NCBI GenBank assembly: GCA_965235115.1
Contig: OZ249445.1
Coordinates: 19,406,001 to 19,470,000, forward strand
DNA length: 64,000 nucleotides
Source: Laetmonice hystrix
Taxonomy: Eukaryota
Reading direction: 5' to 3'
In this document: positions 25,923-40,227 of the stretch, in pieces
Layout of the letters: each line of letters begins with the position of its first letter
Numbering within the stretch: position 1 is the first letter of the stretch
Position numbers and translations under genes: made by a program
The notes under the pieces: generated by a model
The model's input: only the letters and a program-made list of their open reading frames with translations
Database searches by the model: none
Told to the model about the DNA's origin: nothing

Positions 25923-27464
25923 TTGGTCACTACATACCGCATGAACCTTTCCTGGGTATATATAATACATTTTTCCCTGTTCTACATTCCCCCAAATCCC
26001 CCACCCCCGGGGTGACCCCAATAAAGGCAGTTGATTGAGAAGCCCAGCGCGCCGGGCCGATGTATTTCTAGCCGGTGACTACTGACAAAAGAGATCCGTG
26101 TCCGTATAAAGACGTGTGTGATGGCCATCTCGTGCCGAGTGTCCTGTCACGCCGGACAGTGACAGGTCTGTAGTGACATCTCATTGTACCAGTCCAGCTC
26201 CCCCATCACGGTGGTCATCACGGCTGTCACACTCACTCACCAAACACCATTCACTGGCTGTGATTGTAGACTTGCTAACCTCCCGCACCATCTACTTCTC
26301 ACGCCAATAACCAGGCCGAATATCGTTCTTCTCAGAAAATGGTTCACCTCCAAATTATTGAATGTTCCAATGACGGATCTGCAGACTTGTAGAACTGGAC
26401 TTTTTTTTCTTTTTATTCATGTTTTCTTGGGTTGCAATTACATACTTGCTGTAATAGTGGCAGCAGATTCACTCAAACGGAAGATCGTCTGGTGTCATTT
26501 CATTCCAGCTTGCCATCGGGTCCATTCAGACTATACTGATAGAAGCCGAGAGAGAAATCCACTACATAATTTAATACAAAACCACAAGTGATTTCACTTC
26601 ACAGACGACTTAGAACAATCCACTACTTTTCCCGATAGAACAGATGAGAATGCAGTAAGTGAACGTATAATTAATATCTGCGCCAGTATCGTTCTATAAC
26701 TGGTATTGACATAACTGATGAAGTTTCCTTTTTTTGACTATTGGTCTGTCGCAAGTCCTTCTATCCGTGGTCAGTCAGTGCCAATAACAGCCCACGGCAG
26801 TCTACGAGTCCCTGGCTATTCAAACAACACTTCAACGACATCCAATTTGTCTGCCAAGATCAAGCAATGGTCGAAAACTACACCATCTACTGGTGAAACG
26901 GGGCATCAGAGAGTCTGATGCTGGGATGAAGAGATAGGGCGAAATTCCTGCAAATTATCGGCTTTTACAGAGAGACAGTGATGGCCACGTCAGCAATCGG
27001 TGAGAAAATATGGGCAGGCAGGACTGGACTGCTTGAGGCTATTAACTCCCGAATCAATCTCATTCACAAGTCCAACCATTCTCCGGGCAAGAGTTCCCCT
27101 TTCACCATGGTACTCCATCCTCGCCATTTCCCACCATTTCTTCTGATGATGAGAATCAATTCTCCCCGTTTCATCACAAGAAATACAAATTCTATGATCA
27201 GTGTTCAACGTTTTTATATTAACTCCTCATTTACCTTCTCAATACAACCACTGATGTCTCCGTGTAGGACATAGAACTCTCTTACAGGGATTCTCATTCT
27301 GACCGATCTAGTTCCGATCTAAGGTAAGGCCCGAGGCCTCCCGCCACAAGCTGTCCTCCGCCAGACCACACACTTATCAAAGGCCAGTTCATTAGTGGTT
27401 GACCGAGTATGTCTCTCAGGCGAAAACTTCGACATGAATGACCAGCCAGTGGGCCCAGCAGCAA

Positions 27465-27890
27465 CTGTCAAATTAAGACTCCTCAGATGTGTTACAACAA
27501 ATGCCTACGTTCTCTGAAAATATTATCTTTCCCGTCTACAGAGAGTCCGGCGTGGCAATCACCATGTTTCAGCGGCTATATGTCGAGTCCTGCAGGTGTT
27601 AATGTCTGACTGATGCTGAGTTCGATTGTCAGGTTAGCGGCACCAATTGCCGCTGGTAGCCGGTCAGTGGTTGCGACCACTCGGGTCACATTCATCATTG
27701 AGTTGGAGCCATTTTAACGGGTCTCGAGTACCTACTTCAGACGTCCCCTCCTTATGTAAAGTGACGTTTTTTTTTAACAAAGAAAAGTCTGTCCAAATGT
27801 TCTGCCCTGGCTCTATGCCGGGTGACGTTATCGCATGCTGATCTCAGTGCGACCAAAGGAAAGCCAGCAACGGGACTCTTAATTTGACAG
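27465..27890. mobile_element. Possible MITE relic bounded by an 18-bp inverted repeat (ctgtcaaattaagactcc / ggactcttaatttgacag)
   Basis: 17/18 inverted match between 27465-27482 and 27873-27890. No target-site duplication seen. Confidence 0.3.
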
Positions 27891-29267
27891 CGGCAGACAC
27901 TCATAGACCACCTTAGCAGACACCCCCACCCCCACCTACAAAAAAGGTAGAAACACTTCTATGTCGTTATTATTTCCCGATGGTGTCCAAGGGTTATCAG
28001 CGCACCTGTTGGCTGGGTACAGGGTGGGACCGGCTTTAGAACACCTGCTGCAACAATTGCCATCTCCACCGAGACTTATCTCGTGCCGTTATCTCTGAAC
28101 CACTCTGTGAGATAATGTACGGTCTGTGGGCCTCGGGACCGTGCACCTGTTAACCCCGGGTCCTCCTCGGCACGTTTCTTCATGTTACATTATTTAAAAC
28201 ACCATTCCACTATTACACCTGGCCTGGGCACCAGTTACGTGTACAATACATATCTAAACATTATAGACATGCAATATGTATACAAACACACCAGTATTGT
28301 ATGGACTCATGTTCACCCCTTTCAAACCGGGCCAGTTTACCTCCCCCCCCCCCCTTCGGCCTTCCACGCTGAATGAGAAGCTTATCCCCAATCCTATCGG
28401 GTATTGTAAGCAGATGCCCCCTAGGATGCTACATTAGTATACGCAAATACAGGTAGTCTAAAGTTACCTAGCCATATTCGATAAAATAGTTCGATGCATG
28501 AATAGGAAGGACTTTTAATACTGACGCGTATTTGACAATTATCTTGCACACAGATCTGAGAAACAGTCAAGCAGTACACGCACAAAAACTACATATTACA
28601 TCCACACATACATGTACATTCTTGTATACACTTTTAAACCTTTAGTTTCTTCTGACTGACGCTTGTGTGGGAAAATTATACTTTGAAGCCTCCATGTTTT
28701 TCTCTCTGTCCCCCAGATCATGTCCTCGCCTGCAGTTTGTTTCCTAACCGTGAATGACAAACGTCGGGTCAGTTGTTGATGTCTTGCGAACTTATTGTGC
28801 AAATAACCAAACAGTGCTCTGAGTACAGAGCTTGGACCGAAAGAAAAACACTCCTGCCGTTGGTGGGTGTGCACTTCACTTCACACGAGCCCAGCCCAAA
28901 CCGTGTCTATCCTCTACACCAGACCGGCTCTCACACTTCATCAGTCACGTTTCCATAGCGACACCAAATCTGCCAAGGACGGTTCCACGACCTGTATATT
29001 AATGGGGTGACGGCGTGCGCTTGGATCAGAAACAAAATTAAAAGAAAATACCCCGAGTGAAGTACCTCAACTAGCCTGTAATCGACCATGAGGCCTAGAC
29101 TGTGACAGGGCGCTGTTTGGAGCATTGACAGACGTGTAACACACATTTGTATGGGTATAGAGTTCTAGCTTGGAAACCGTAAGAGAGATTACGATTTAAG
29201 TTATTCATTGAATAAAATCTTCCCTCATCAAGATGCCTGGTAAGATTACCATCTGTTAGTTAACTAC

Positions 29268-29377
29268 CTTAAAAGGTTTCATCGACTGGGAATCACTGAA
29301 GGATTTCAATGTCATTAGGATGGTTGTAGATTCCTTTCTCCGTGACTCTTGTATTTCCTTGCTGTTCGTACACCCCA
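29268..29377 (-). CDS. Candidate exon (VGCTNSKEIQESRRKESTTILMTLKSFSDSQSMKPFK, or alternative frame GVYEQQGNTRVTEKGIYNHPNDIEIL)
   Basis: Strong acceptor tttgtatttttcag|, donor AAG|GTAGTT. Inside a 117-codon ORF. Frame ambiguous. Confidence 0.25.
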
Positions 29378-29629
29378 CTGAAAAATACAAACTCTCGTCT
29401 GACTGTTTTCTGAACGACAATGAAGATAGATGCCGAAATCTGCTCGCAATCAGTTGGGAATAATCAGAGGTTTGGTACACACCCCGCACAACAAGTGATT
29501 CTGAGATTGTTCCTAATACGTTATCTGCTGGGTTTGAATGCGCTCGGCGAGCACCAAACACCACCTGGCCTATGTCGTGATAACTCAGCTGGCATGTTAT
29601 AAGTGGCAATCAATAGAGTTTGGGGCGCC

Positions 29630-29780
29630 AGGAGAGAGGGAGAGGAAAAGATGGGGAGAGAGGGAGAGAGGGGGGAGAGGGGGGAAAGGGAGAGACGGAA
29701 AGAGGGAGAGAGTGGAGGGAGAGAAAGGGAGAGGGAGAGAGGGAGGGAGAGAAAGGGAGGGAGAGAGAGGGAGAGAGAGA
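29630..29780. repeat. Polypurine GA-rich low-complexity tract
   Basis: About 150 nt composed almost only of G and A. Confidence 0.95.
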
Positions 29781-30857
29781 GTGTGTCTTTTCTATTTGAT
29801 GAAATGATCCCTTATTGTAATGAAGTTCTGCACATTACTTCACGGAACCCAGAGGTAACGAAATGGTATTATTATTATTAAACGTTTCCACATTCTATCA
29901 CGAGTGGGATATCTTGAATTATATGTGCAACTGCCATACCTCTATAGTATTTCTTGGCCTGTATTTCAATAGCTTGCACACCCACACTTTGACGTACCGA
30001 TATCACCTTCCCAGTCTCAGATGTACCCACATCCGTAGATGATGACAACTATACAGAATAAATTCTGGTTGCTATTGACAATGCTACAACCTGTGGTACA
30101 CTCCTTAGACCTCCAGATAACAATACCATAATACTGCACAATGCCATTAAACACCACCATTAGCAGACGACTCATTGTGTAATACTCCGACGTTAGGGAC
30201 GATTCACTGCCTGTAATATTGGTTGTTGAGCCCTACGGCGTGCCATAAGGACCAATGACGGCGGCCAACCGGCGGGCACGAGTGGCGCTCTCCATTAGAA
30301 TGAAGATGTCACCTTTGTATGTGACAATAAACATGGATTCCTAGAAAGGGTCACACCGACGCATTCCGCCACTGCTACAGTTTCTATGTGTTATTTCCCG
30401 TGTTTCTGAAGGTCATATCAATATAAAAAGTCGCGCTTGAGCGAGGACATAAATTGGTCACCGTCTGACACAGGCAGTGCCAGCCGCCTGAGCTATTGTT
30501 TGCTGGAGGCTAACTTGGCAATGAAAACATTCTTAATGGTAAACCCGGTCAACCCACCAAATCCTTTATAACAATGATCAACAGGGCCCGTCCTCCGCAC
30601 CTGGGGGCTGTGCAGGAAACCGGACGTCTGCACGTATTCCTTAATTATATTCCCTTGGTCAGACTCAGACAAATTCTTGAAGGGAAATTACAAAATAGAA
30701 ATATTATATCTCTGGCCTGTTTTCTTGTCTACCTAGTTTAATTATGATGTCCCCAGGCCTTTACATATAAGAGAACAAATGGCCTGTAACTTAAAGAGCT
30801 AACTAGCCGATGATGACCACTGGTGGCTGACTACAGCAGACCAAGAAGAAGAGAGCC

Positions 30858-30896
30858 CCCTGCAGGCCGTCCCTGCAGGCCGTCCCTGCAGGCCGT
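30858..30896. repeat. 13-bp tandem repeat x3 (ccctgcaggccgt)
   Basis: Directly visible. Confidence 0.9.
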
Positions 30897-32942
30897 CCCT
30901 TTCCCTCACAGATGTCGCTGCTGGTCCCCAGTCCTAATGGCCTTATTGGCTGAAGATGTGATTCCAGGGTTACCAAGTGGAATCCAGGAAATGTCGTTAC
31001 GGCATCCACTCAGAACTACGATGAGATGCATAAAACGAAATGACCCAGTGGGTTTCTAGGCAAAGTCATGACAATGGGAAGACTTGGTAATACTTTCACG
31101 ATAATGGGATGTTGAGAACATCCACTCAGGCGATCCCTTTCACCTTTAAGTCTATTTCAATGCGCTAGTAAAATCCTTTTATGAATTTCCAGATGAATTA
31201 ATTCTGACAGAAGTCTGCCGGTGGAACCTGAAAGCCAATTTTAAACCTAGTATTACAAGAAACACATGGCGATTTCTTATGAATGAAGCAGTGTGTAACT
31301 CGAAGTAGACTTGTTTGCAAAGGACTTCACCTCATCAGGTTTCACACCTTAAATCAATAATCCAGAAAATCTTTGATACCGTGACCCCCCCCCCCCCAAA
31401 AAAAAAGAAAAATTATTTTCACAAAAAGCGTGTCACATTGGTCATTTTTCACATCAGACATCGTGGAAGCAGTTCCTGAACATTCCTTGACACCCATAAT
31501 GTATGTACCATGGTAATCGCGACAATCTGGGGCCGGTTTGTTAAAACTTAAGTTTTCCTTAAGTTCAATCCGAAGCAAGAACTTTAGTACCAGCAGTTCA
31601 CGAAATAACACAAGGGGTGATGACCATAATGACCATCTAAGAACATGTCCTCATTCTGTGGCTTGCGTAAGAGTTAGTTCTGTAAGTGCAGTCAAGCAAT
31701 AAATCTGCAATAAAATTCAGTACAGCGGTCTTTTCATTCGAGGTCGAAACAACAAAATCTATAGGAAACCATCAGGGCAACAGTTGATTGCCTTACAAAC
31801 CAATCAACAGGACATTCTCTATGTACAGTTAGTCCAAGCCAGACAAATGGACACATTATAACGAGATGTCTCCTCACGTCTGGTCCATGTCTGAAAATTA
31901 CGATCAAAGAAATATTTACAGCCAGTAAGCAACTAACTCATTACACACCTTACGTGACGTTACCGGATGTGGGGTAGAAAAGAAGTCCTTTTTGTGGACA
32001 TTTTTGTGGGCATTTTTTCAGTTGGAAATAAATCCTGAGGCTAGAGCTTGTCCGTTACTATATGACCGAGTCAGAAACGGCCTTTTTACACAACATCTAA
32101 AGTCGAGGTTTTATAGGTTAGCCCTAAACAGAAACACTGAATACACCTCACAAACAGTGACAGTCATCTTGGTAAACTACTGACCCAATTGTCTTTTCAG
32201 GAAATCCGAAAAATTAAACATATCATAATACCTGCAGACACCATAGTATATGAGAGACTACATCTTACACCGCCCATGGAAGCCCATCAAAATATCGTTC
32301 TAAATTAACAAAGTAAGATCTCCACCCTTGAAAAACTTTCTTCTACCACCTGGAGCTCTCATTCTGACCGTTTTTTTCCCGGTGAGTCGTTCAGTGACAG
32401 AACTTTGCATTGATAACGTAAGGCTACAGGGCAAATCCATTCATCATCATTCAACATCGGACGTGATTTATCTCGTTATGCAATGTCATCTTAGTGCACT
32501 GCAGCAGATGGCACTTGTTGCCAGAGTTTGAGGTTATTAACTTACTATGTAGCAGTACTTACAGACTGCTACCATGGATGGCATACTTTTCTACTTCTAG
32601 GGGTCCACTGTTCAGAAATTGTTATGCGACTGCAATATGACCTGACCGCTTCAAGGTCAAATTGCGGCAAACAGTCAACCATCAGACTGCACTGTAACAT
32701 CTGGTATATAGATTGGCGGTTTTTACTTGCTGATTTTCACATAAATATTTAAACAAACTCTCATTTCAGCGATACTTATCACGAAATAAAAAAAAGGACA
32801 AGTAGCAGATTATTATTATGATTGCTCATAATTGTTACCACAGTACCGAGTTTTGCTCAGTACTTTTACCACAGCGACAAAATCCACAGAAGATAAAAAT
32901 GTTGTAGAGAAATCTTTCACGAAGACAAACAGTCACCTTTGG

Positions 32943-32988
32943 GTTCGGTATTCTATTACAAGAATGTTCGGTATTCTATTACAAGAAT
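32943..32988. repeat. 23-bp tandem repeat x2 (gttcggtattctattacaagaat)
   Basis: Directly visible. Confidence 0.9.
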
Positions 32989-34009
32989 GTTAATGAATCG
33001 GGTAACAAATTCGATGTAACCCCACTCATCTTGACCTGCCTTCACACTTGTTCCAGCCTTATATCTCTGCCTCACCATTGACAAATGACCAACAAGTCAC
33101 AGTTTCTTGACTGCTTCCTCTAAAAAAAATACTGTGAAGTGTGCTTTCTAATGGTGTTGCTGTGCCTAATTGGTGTCAGGTCACACCCCAACTATCTGTT
33201 ATAACATGACAAACAGCGGCACTGCTCGTAATGCATGAAGAAACAGGTTGGATGGCAAAGGACATCTGAATAACGCTTTACAATTCTAAAATGTTTTTAC
33301 AAACAATATCATTAAAGATCGTTCGGTTCCTGTAAGCTGCTTCTCCCCTGAGGCCTTTTATGACACGGTGTCAACACACCAGCTTTGGGAAAATTCTTTA
33401 GAAATATCTCCACTTCGCATTTCTTGCCGCTGACTGGCATGGTACTGGTTGTCTAACAGAAACATAATCACAACTTTACCCTTTACTGGTCTCACAGTCT
33501 GTAATCCAAGGTTAACACCTTGGCTCATGATCAAACCATAAAACTGACTTCAAACACTTCACAGGGCCATTCCCACAATAAAGGTTAGACTGGTATTTGA
33601 CAAAACGTACCCAGCCATGACAGGTAGCGTCCCGAGTCTACCCTCTGTGAAGAGCTTTACGGTTATGTCTTTTTACGAAAGAACCCGAATCTCTGTTTGA
33701 TTTTCTACCGCCAAACAATAGCAGACGTATCCGATCCACTATACCAGGGCAAGCTTTGCTCCCTCTGGGTTTCGTGTTATTCCAATGGCCGACCCTCCCC
33801 AGAACACGTTAAAACCTTCCTTGACACAACACGTCCACCTCGCCAAGTGTCAGGCGTCACTTAAGTACACCTTTGATAATAAAAGTTTCCAACTCGGGGC
33901 AGACTGACTCGATCACGGAAACCTTTACCGCACTTTGTTCAGGGGACATGGGCAGAAACACGTCAATCTGTACCTTAACATAAAACCAGAACACTTCTAA
34001 CATCTTCAA

Positions 34010-34114
34010 GGCCCGGCTTCTCAAGCTTTTGCTAAAGCTTGAGCTTAAGTCTTCTGATTAGCTGGTTTAAGCATTAAGCTTAAGCGAGAAGTTAAATTTT
34101 GGAAAACCTGATCC
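34010..34114. mobile_element. Degenerate short MITE-like dispersed repeat, related to 37842-37897
   Basis: Shares gcttaa..cttctgatt(a/g)gctggt(t/c)taagca directly and cttaagcgagaa(g/a)ttaa inverted with 37842-37897. Rich in AAGCTT palindromes; ends are only weakly inverted. Confidence 0.4.
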
Positions 34115-35837
34115 AGACTCCTAAAGAATATCAACCACCAAGATGCCGCATTTGCACGTCGGCTTTCAGATACCAATTCAAAATTTGCTAGAGGCCTATT
34201 ATACCTTATCCCCTAACGTGTCCCTTCCAGTTTGAAGCCCTATTTATGCGTTGACAGTACGGATCACGCAAGGTTCACAGTGCTCTCAACGAATTCTAAG
34301 TTGGAGATGGAGATCCAGTCGTCGCCATGGCTACCCCGAGGCTACCAGCATGTAGAGTACGTATGAAACGCAGACCGTTACTTATGGCCATTTAGTGCAC
34401 GATACGCGCGTGCCAAATCCCAGCGATACTGGAGAAAAGCCAACGTCGAGGACCCTAACTCAATAACAAGTGCCATGCATGCAAGAACACCTTTAACTTG
34501 TCAGAGAGTGTCACATCTACATGTCATCGTGACCTACTGCTAATAATCTGCCCCGCTTGAATGGGGAAAAATTGAATTAGTATCAAGTGGTATCAAGAAC
34601 TCTCAATGCAATAAAAAAAATGGAAATAGGTTAATTCAGCATGGAAGGCCTGCCAAATGGACCACAAGGGGGGATCAATTACGATCAAATCTAGGGGGTC
34701 GGTCGGGTGAACGCTGACCACAGGGTTGGGGCAGGTCCTGAACATGAGCAGATCTGGATGGGTCCTTGAGGTCACACATTGCTGATAGAAAAGTCCTGCT
34801 CACCAGATAGTGACTGTGACCTATGGCCGTATAGTGACATAGAAATTCTCATTCGCACACAGTCATAGCCTCTCGTACCCCTCACAATAAAAACACAGCA
34901 ATCCACCAATTCTACTCTGTAGTAGCTATATTTCTATAAAGCCAGTCAAAACGACGACCCTTGCTCAAACCTTGCCATACAAACTCGATCGGCTCTCCAT
35001 ACCTCCACATTGACGTTGGAGGCCTACTGACGCCATACTAATCAGAGACTGGAGGCACGTCTACAGGCGATGGTGGCGGCAAATTGCTGCTCGCCCATTG
35101 CAATCCTAGGATCCGGAACTGTCATCTCACTTGGACGGCAACTTAATGCACTGATCAGCAACATTCAACTGGGCTGACATTTGGAGAAGGAGTAAAACAC
35201 CAATATCGCTTACAGATCCCGCCGAGTGACAAAACCCTAACCAACAGACGACAGTAGGATCCACAACACATTCCCAAATGTCACCAACATGAACCAGTGC
35301 ATTACGGTCTGACGGCTATCGACGTATGATCAAAACAGGTTTCATCAATATTAACGCTGTGTGATCTTAACAGTTGTGAAAAAAAAACTAAAATGTCAAA
35401 ACATGACTCTTTCCAAAACAGTGCCTACCTGCAGAACTTACAACATCTTATACAGACTTTCTTCTGTTAGCTAGGGACTAAAACAACTACGATATTTATT
35501 GTCAAAATATTCTTAAAGAATAGAAAGTTTTGAATGAAACTCGATGCCATTTCAACATTTCATGTGGCCAAAATTTGTTCTGGGATCTTGACAAAGGGAG
35601 AAGAGAAGATGATTCAAGCCTTTCCCCAGGAGATGTTGAGGTGAGCGGCCAGGTCGCATGACGATGTTTGTCTGACTGACGACTGTGAGAGACCGACTGA
35701 TTTGGTTACGATCGTTTCTCCTGATAACGAGACAGAAGACGCTGTCCCCACGAACGCAGGCAAACCAAAGATAAGACCCGTGCCGCGCAGCGTTCCGCTG
35801 TCCTGTCATAGCGAGTCGGCGTTCTCCTGAAACACCA

Positions 35838-35850
35838 CGCCCCCTAGTGG
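35838..35850 (-). promoter_or_regulatory. CTCF-type motif CCACTAGGGGGCG (reverse orientation)
   Basis: Exact match to the core on the minus strand, within a CpG-rich patch. Confidence 0.55.
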
Positions 35851-35952
35851 GCAGGAAGGCAATGAGAGAGGGAATATTTGCTGTCAGTCGGACGCCGGAG
35901 ATGGTCAGGCGGAGACAGCGCTGTGAGGAGCCGATAGACATATCAATTAGAC

Positions 35953-36045
35953 CATAGAGTTGGTGGATCTCCTGGTCGGGTTCTCGGCTGGATCCAGCCT
36001 GTAGACGGAGTCCCGCAGGGCTACCAGCAGATTGCCAACTCTATG
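35953..36045. mobile_element. 93-bp element with imperfect 23-bp terminal inverted repeats (CATAGAGTTGG...CCAACTCTATG)
   Basis: Outer 11 bp perfectly inverted; inner ATCT(C/G)CTGGT also inverted. No clear target-site duplication. Confidence 0.5.
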
Positions 36046-37841
36046 CTATATGTATATGTACTCCCAAATTGGTATACCACAGACGGTCATCGACGTATTG
36101 GATGCGTGGACAGCATGAAGCACATCAACCTGGCTATGATTTACTTCTGGGGAAAAAAGAACAAGCATGCCACTGATTATCGATCCTAAAGGACGTTCCT
36201 GAAGTCAGCAAAGACAAACATTACAACTTGCCGCCATCAGCAAGTAATAAAGATAATGATGGATTCATGATTGGCAGATTTAAACTCCCAACTTCTTACA
36301 TTGCTTACTTTAATGTTGGAGAGACGGTACACGTGGTAAACGGATACGAACATGACTGCCACCTCATTTGCACACATTACTCTACACTAAGAATTTCGAA
36401 TTCATTTAGGAATTTCACACGCGGTCCAAATCCCCCAAAAGGGCGTGAGAACATACTCTATACTTACTGCTCCCCTCAAACTAACAATCATATGATGGCC
36501 ATAAACACAGGCTTGCAGCTATGTAACACATCTAGAGGTGGCCGATATGGATCAATAAGTGACCGATATGGATCATACTCCCTCAATGGTTCCACCGAAT
36601 TTACGACTTGTTAATGTAGGACACGAGATCCATACTACATGCACCGACTGTGTAAGGGGTCGGTCAGGGCAGTCGGCAATCTCGCAGGATTTTGTAAAAG
36701 TTCTCCCATATCCTCTAAAGTAAATCTTTAAATACCGCTAATCCTTGAGATAGGGAAAAAAAACGAGAATATACATGTCTTCCTGACCTTCACATAAGAG
36801 AAGAGCTCTTTTGCATGCTCCGCTACCATCAGCTTGCCTTGATGCATTTAGCTTTTGCATGCGAGTTTCAATTTATCTTGACTACTGTCAGATAGCGTAT
36901 CCCGCTCAGCTCCCGTAGCTGTACTGCCGGATCATACAGCACATCCTAATGTAACATTTGGTGGCACTCTCCTCGTGACACTGATAATACAGCCACATTA
37001 ACATGGCTCGTGTTCTCTGGTGACAACTACTTCAACTGGCTTTCAAAGACCTGGAGATCTTAAAGCATGAAGCCGGTTTTTGTATATGAATCCATTCCAT
37101 GATTTTCTACATCTATTTTGCGCCCTAGATCCCTAAAGATAATAATGCATTATTATACACAATTTTACATAATATAAAGTTGGAAGAGTAATTCTTAGCA
37201 AAGAAGAAAGAAAAACAAGTGTAAAACACATGAACCATTGCATTCTGTAACATTATATCTTTAAATCAATAAACGTCTCCTGCTTGTATGATAACCGGCA
37301 TACACCGGCCGGCCCACTGCCCCCTCCATTGCCTGCCGAACGCCGTTCCTGTCAATTGCCTCTGAGGACCAACTTTAGTCCGTATCCTAGGTTCCTGCAC
37401 TGGCAGCTCTCCCTGAAGTCGGTGACTCAGCCAGGAGCAATCAGTACAGATTAAGTCCCTCAGACAATCACACATTCACAGCGCATTAACCGTCAAACAG
37501 AGCAAGGAAAAAACAAATCAGTAAAAACACATGGGGGCCTGCTCCTCTTTTGTTCTGCCAACCACGGCCGTTGCCAGTTCCACCCATGAAGATTGATGGC
37601 GAGACCAGTGAATGTACCGTCCTCCTGCGCCTCATCCCAGCTTGTTTATGATTCACCTGGGTGTACGCCTCACAAACCAGCAGGTCGTTTGAAATATTGA
37701 AACTCGGCCTACTGCTTCATTGAACTGGCCTGGGCGGTGGTGGCTGTGGGAGCCGGGAGACCGTGTGCGGTCCTAATTACCTTTACTTCTGGGTGGGGTC
37801 CTCAGGCCTGCTCAACCTTCTCGTCTGAGACTGGTAGTTCG

Positions 37842-37897
37842 AAGCTTAATTTCTCGCTTAAGATTAAGCTTAACGCTTCTGATTGGCTGGTCTAAGC
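37842..37897. mobile_element. Second copy of the AAGCTT-rich MITE-like repeat (see 34010-34114)
   Basis: Shared segments as described for 34010-34114. Confidence 0.4.
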
Positions 37898-37905
37898 AAC
37901 TGGAG

Positions 37906-37975
37906 CTTCCACCGACCGATGATAGAACCCGGCCTCAGTAGACTGGACATCAGAACCGTCATATGAAGATTTATT
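37906..37975 (-). mobile_element. Possible tRNA-derived SINE head relic
   Basis: Minus strand gaggccgggttctatcatcggtcggtgg resembles a box B/T-arm. Too degenerate for a tRNA call. Confidence 0.2.
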
Positions 37976-40227
37976 CACTAAGACTGTCTTTTTTGGTGTC
38001 TTAGTGATATTACAATGAGACAAGCGATCTTGATAGTTTGCCAGGAATTGTGACTTTTGACCGAAAGTGTCACTATATCACTCACAAATCATGCGGCGAT
38101 CCATGTATCATACTTACAGAGAAGTTTTATGGGGACTTGCTGTTTTTAAAGATTTCAAGGGTAAAATCTCCTGGGTTTTTTCTAACTGATCTTACCTAGA
38201 GTCCATACTTGAATAGGATGTGGGAGTTAACAGTAAACGGAACCGTTCGAATACCAAACCTTTCATGTATGAACCCTGTTGTAATACCATTGCAAAACTA
38301 TCATACAATTAAAAACTCTTGACTTTTATATGCTGCAAAAAAAAGAGATGGTAAGCTTCTTGGTTGATACCCTTTTAATTTGACGCTTGAATGTACCAAC
38401 CGGATGCTGCACTAAAACCTAACTTTCCCAACTACTGCGAGTCAATATCCCAGCATGGATCTCTAATGAGATATTGATTGGGAGATGGCGGCCTTAGCTG
38501 AGGAAATTTTTCATGCAATGGTGCCTCAGGCTAATATCACCGACCGCGTCCAGCCAAGATTAAGTGCAGTAACTGGCATATCCGACTCATAAACTTTTTC
38601 GGTCATGCATTCCCCCCTTTTTTTACTTCACTGATTGCAATTTACATATCCCCACTTTGTGACCCTCGCAGCACTCGGTGCCTCCCAAATGGTCAAGATT
38701 TGCTGCTCACGCCCATCTGTCTGCATCAAAGCGTACCTAAGTGAAGGATTCCGGTATCACGGGCGGCCGTAACATGCGACCACCAACACCACTTTTGCGA
38801 GGATCAAATAGTGGGGCCACGGTGGTACATTAATACCTACTTTATAGCTTCAAACGGCCCTACAATAGACGGGCTTAGGGAGCGTGGTTTTGTTGGGTGG
38901 GGACTCTGAGTGGTATCCGCCCAGTACGAGCAGGTTTTAGACAGAAGCCAGGTTCACACCGATCCCACCGAAAGGATCAGGTTTGGCGTCATTGTCAGAG
39001 GGCATTCAGACAGCCGCAGTCATGTAGAGTGGAGGCAGTCACAGCCTGGCCAGTCGTGTTCCATGTTCTGTCGGTTCTGATCGGTCTATGTACAGATGGA
39101 GCATGCTCAAAGAACCCGTGCATCCGGATGGGCTTTCAGGCTGGGCTGTAGAGCCGAATAATCGACCATTCGTTCTCATTAGTTGTAGATTCATGATGTG
39201 TACATTATATATATGCAAGTAATGCGAAAATCGGCTAACAAGTAAAACGTGTACATCAGAAAACCTATACATGGAACATTATAAATTTAGTAGCAGTTGG
39301 TGCCGCACATTATGCTCTGATAAAAGTTAAATTATTAAAGTATAATGCACTCTTCTGGTGCAGCTATCCAGTGAACAAGATAAGTGCTCTTTCTTATAAA
39401 TGCCCTGCGAGTTATTCGACCTAACGTGAGGATTACAACCGGACGACATGTTGACGTCAAACTGACCAAGGCTAACTGCACCATGGCACCAAAAGGTCCC
39501 TGGCCATGAACAGTTATATTACACCTCGATTTCCTCTCCCTCTCTCAAATAATTCCCTGTGGGGTCGTCCTGCATGTACCAGGCATGCCGAAAGATCATC
39601 ATGATGTGGCCTTTATAAGGAGATGTCACTGGTGGTAGCAGGTATCGTGCTCATCTGCCATTCCAGATACTACACAGATTGAGATCAAATGTTTAAACTA
39701 TCAGTCAGGAAAGTAAGGGCCGATTCTCGCAGACTAACAAGTTGGCAATCACGGATGTTAGTGACTCAAAGGTGCTTAACGCGGCATCAGAATCAATACT
39801 TATAGGTCACTACGAGTTGGTCATTATAACATGAATGTTTCAGGTTACCGGTGCCACACTGACAACTGAACTAGACAAATACGCTTCCCTTACCCCTGAC
39901 CATTTGTATTTAAATGTAGAGGGAGAGAAACAGACATCCTTTTAAAAAACCTATTCCCCTCCCTCAATACCCTCCCCAGATACATGTTGACGTGTAGACC
40001 TCAAGGAAAAGATCAATTTGTCCACTGGACTATCTCTGGCACCAGGTCCCGGACACTTCCATTGTACCCCTACTGGCCACCATCACCCATCTACCCGGTC
40101 AGCCGGTCGGCACGGTACCTGTACATCATCTCCCGCTCACATTGACCAAGTCTCCTTATCGAGTCCTCAACAGATCCTCAACCCACGGCTCGCGGCCACT
40201 CTGATAACGGGTCCTTGGTCACATTCC

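Noticed and set aside
25423-26038. 173-, 195- and 155-aa ORFs
   Set aside because: Products of the 33-bp minisatellite, with 31- and 37-bp frameshifting variants.
26791-26892. Codon-biased plus stretch PWLFKQHFNDIQFVCQDQAMVENYTIY
   Set aside because: Poor acceptor, short, and no family identified. Worth only a BLAST check.
27877-27888. CTTAATTTGAC match to conserved SSU rRNA
   Set aside because: Only about 11 nt, and the flanks do not resemble rRNA.
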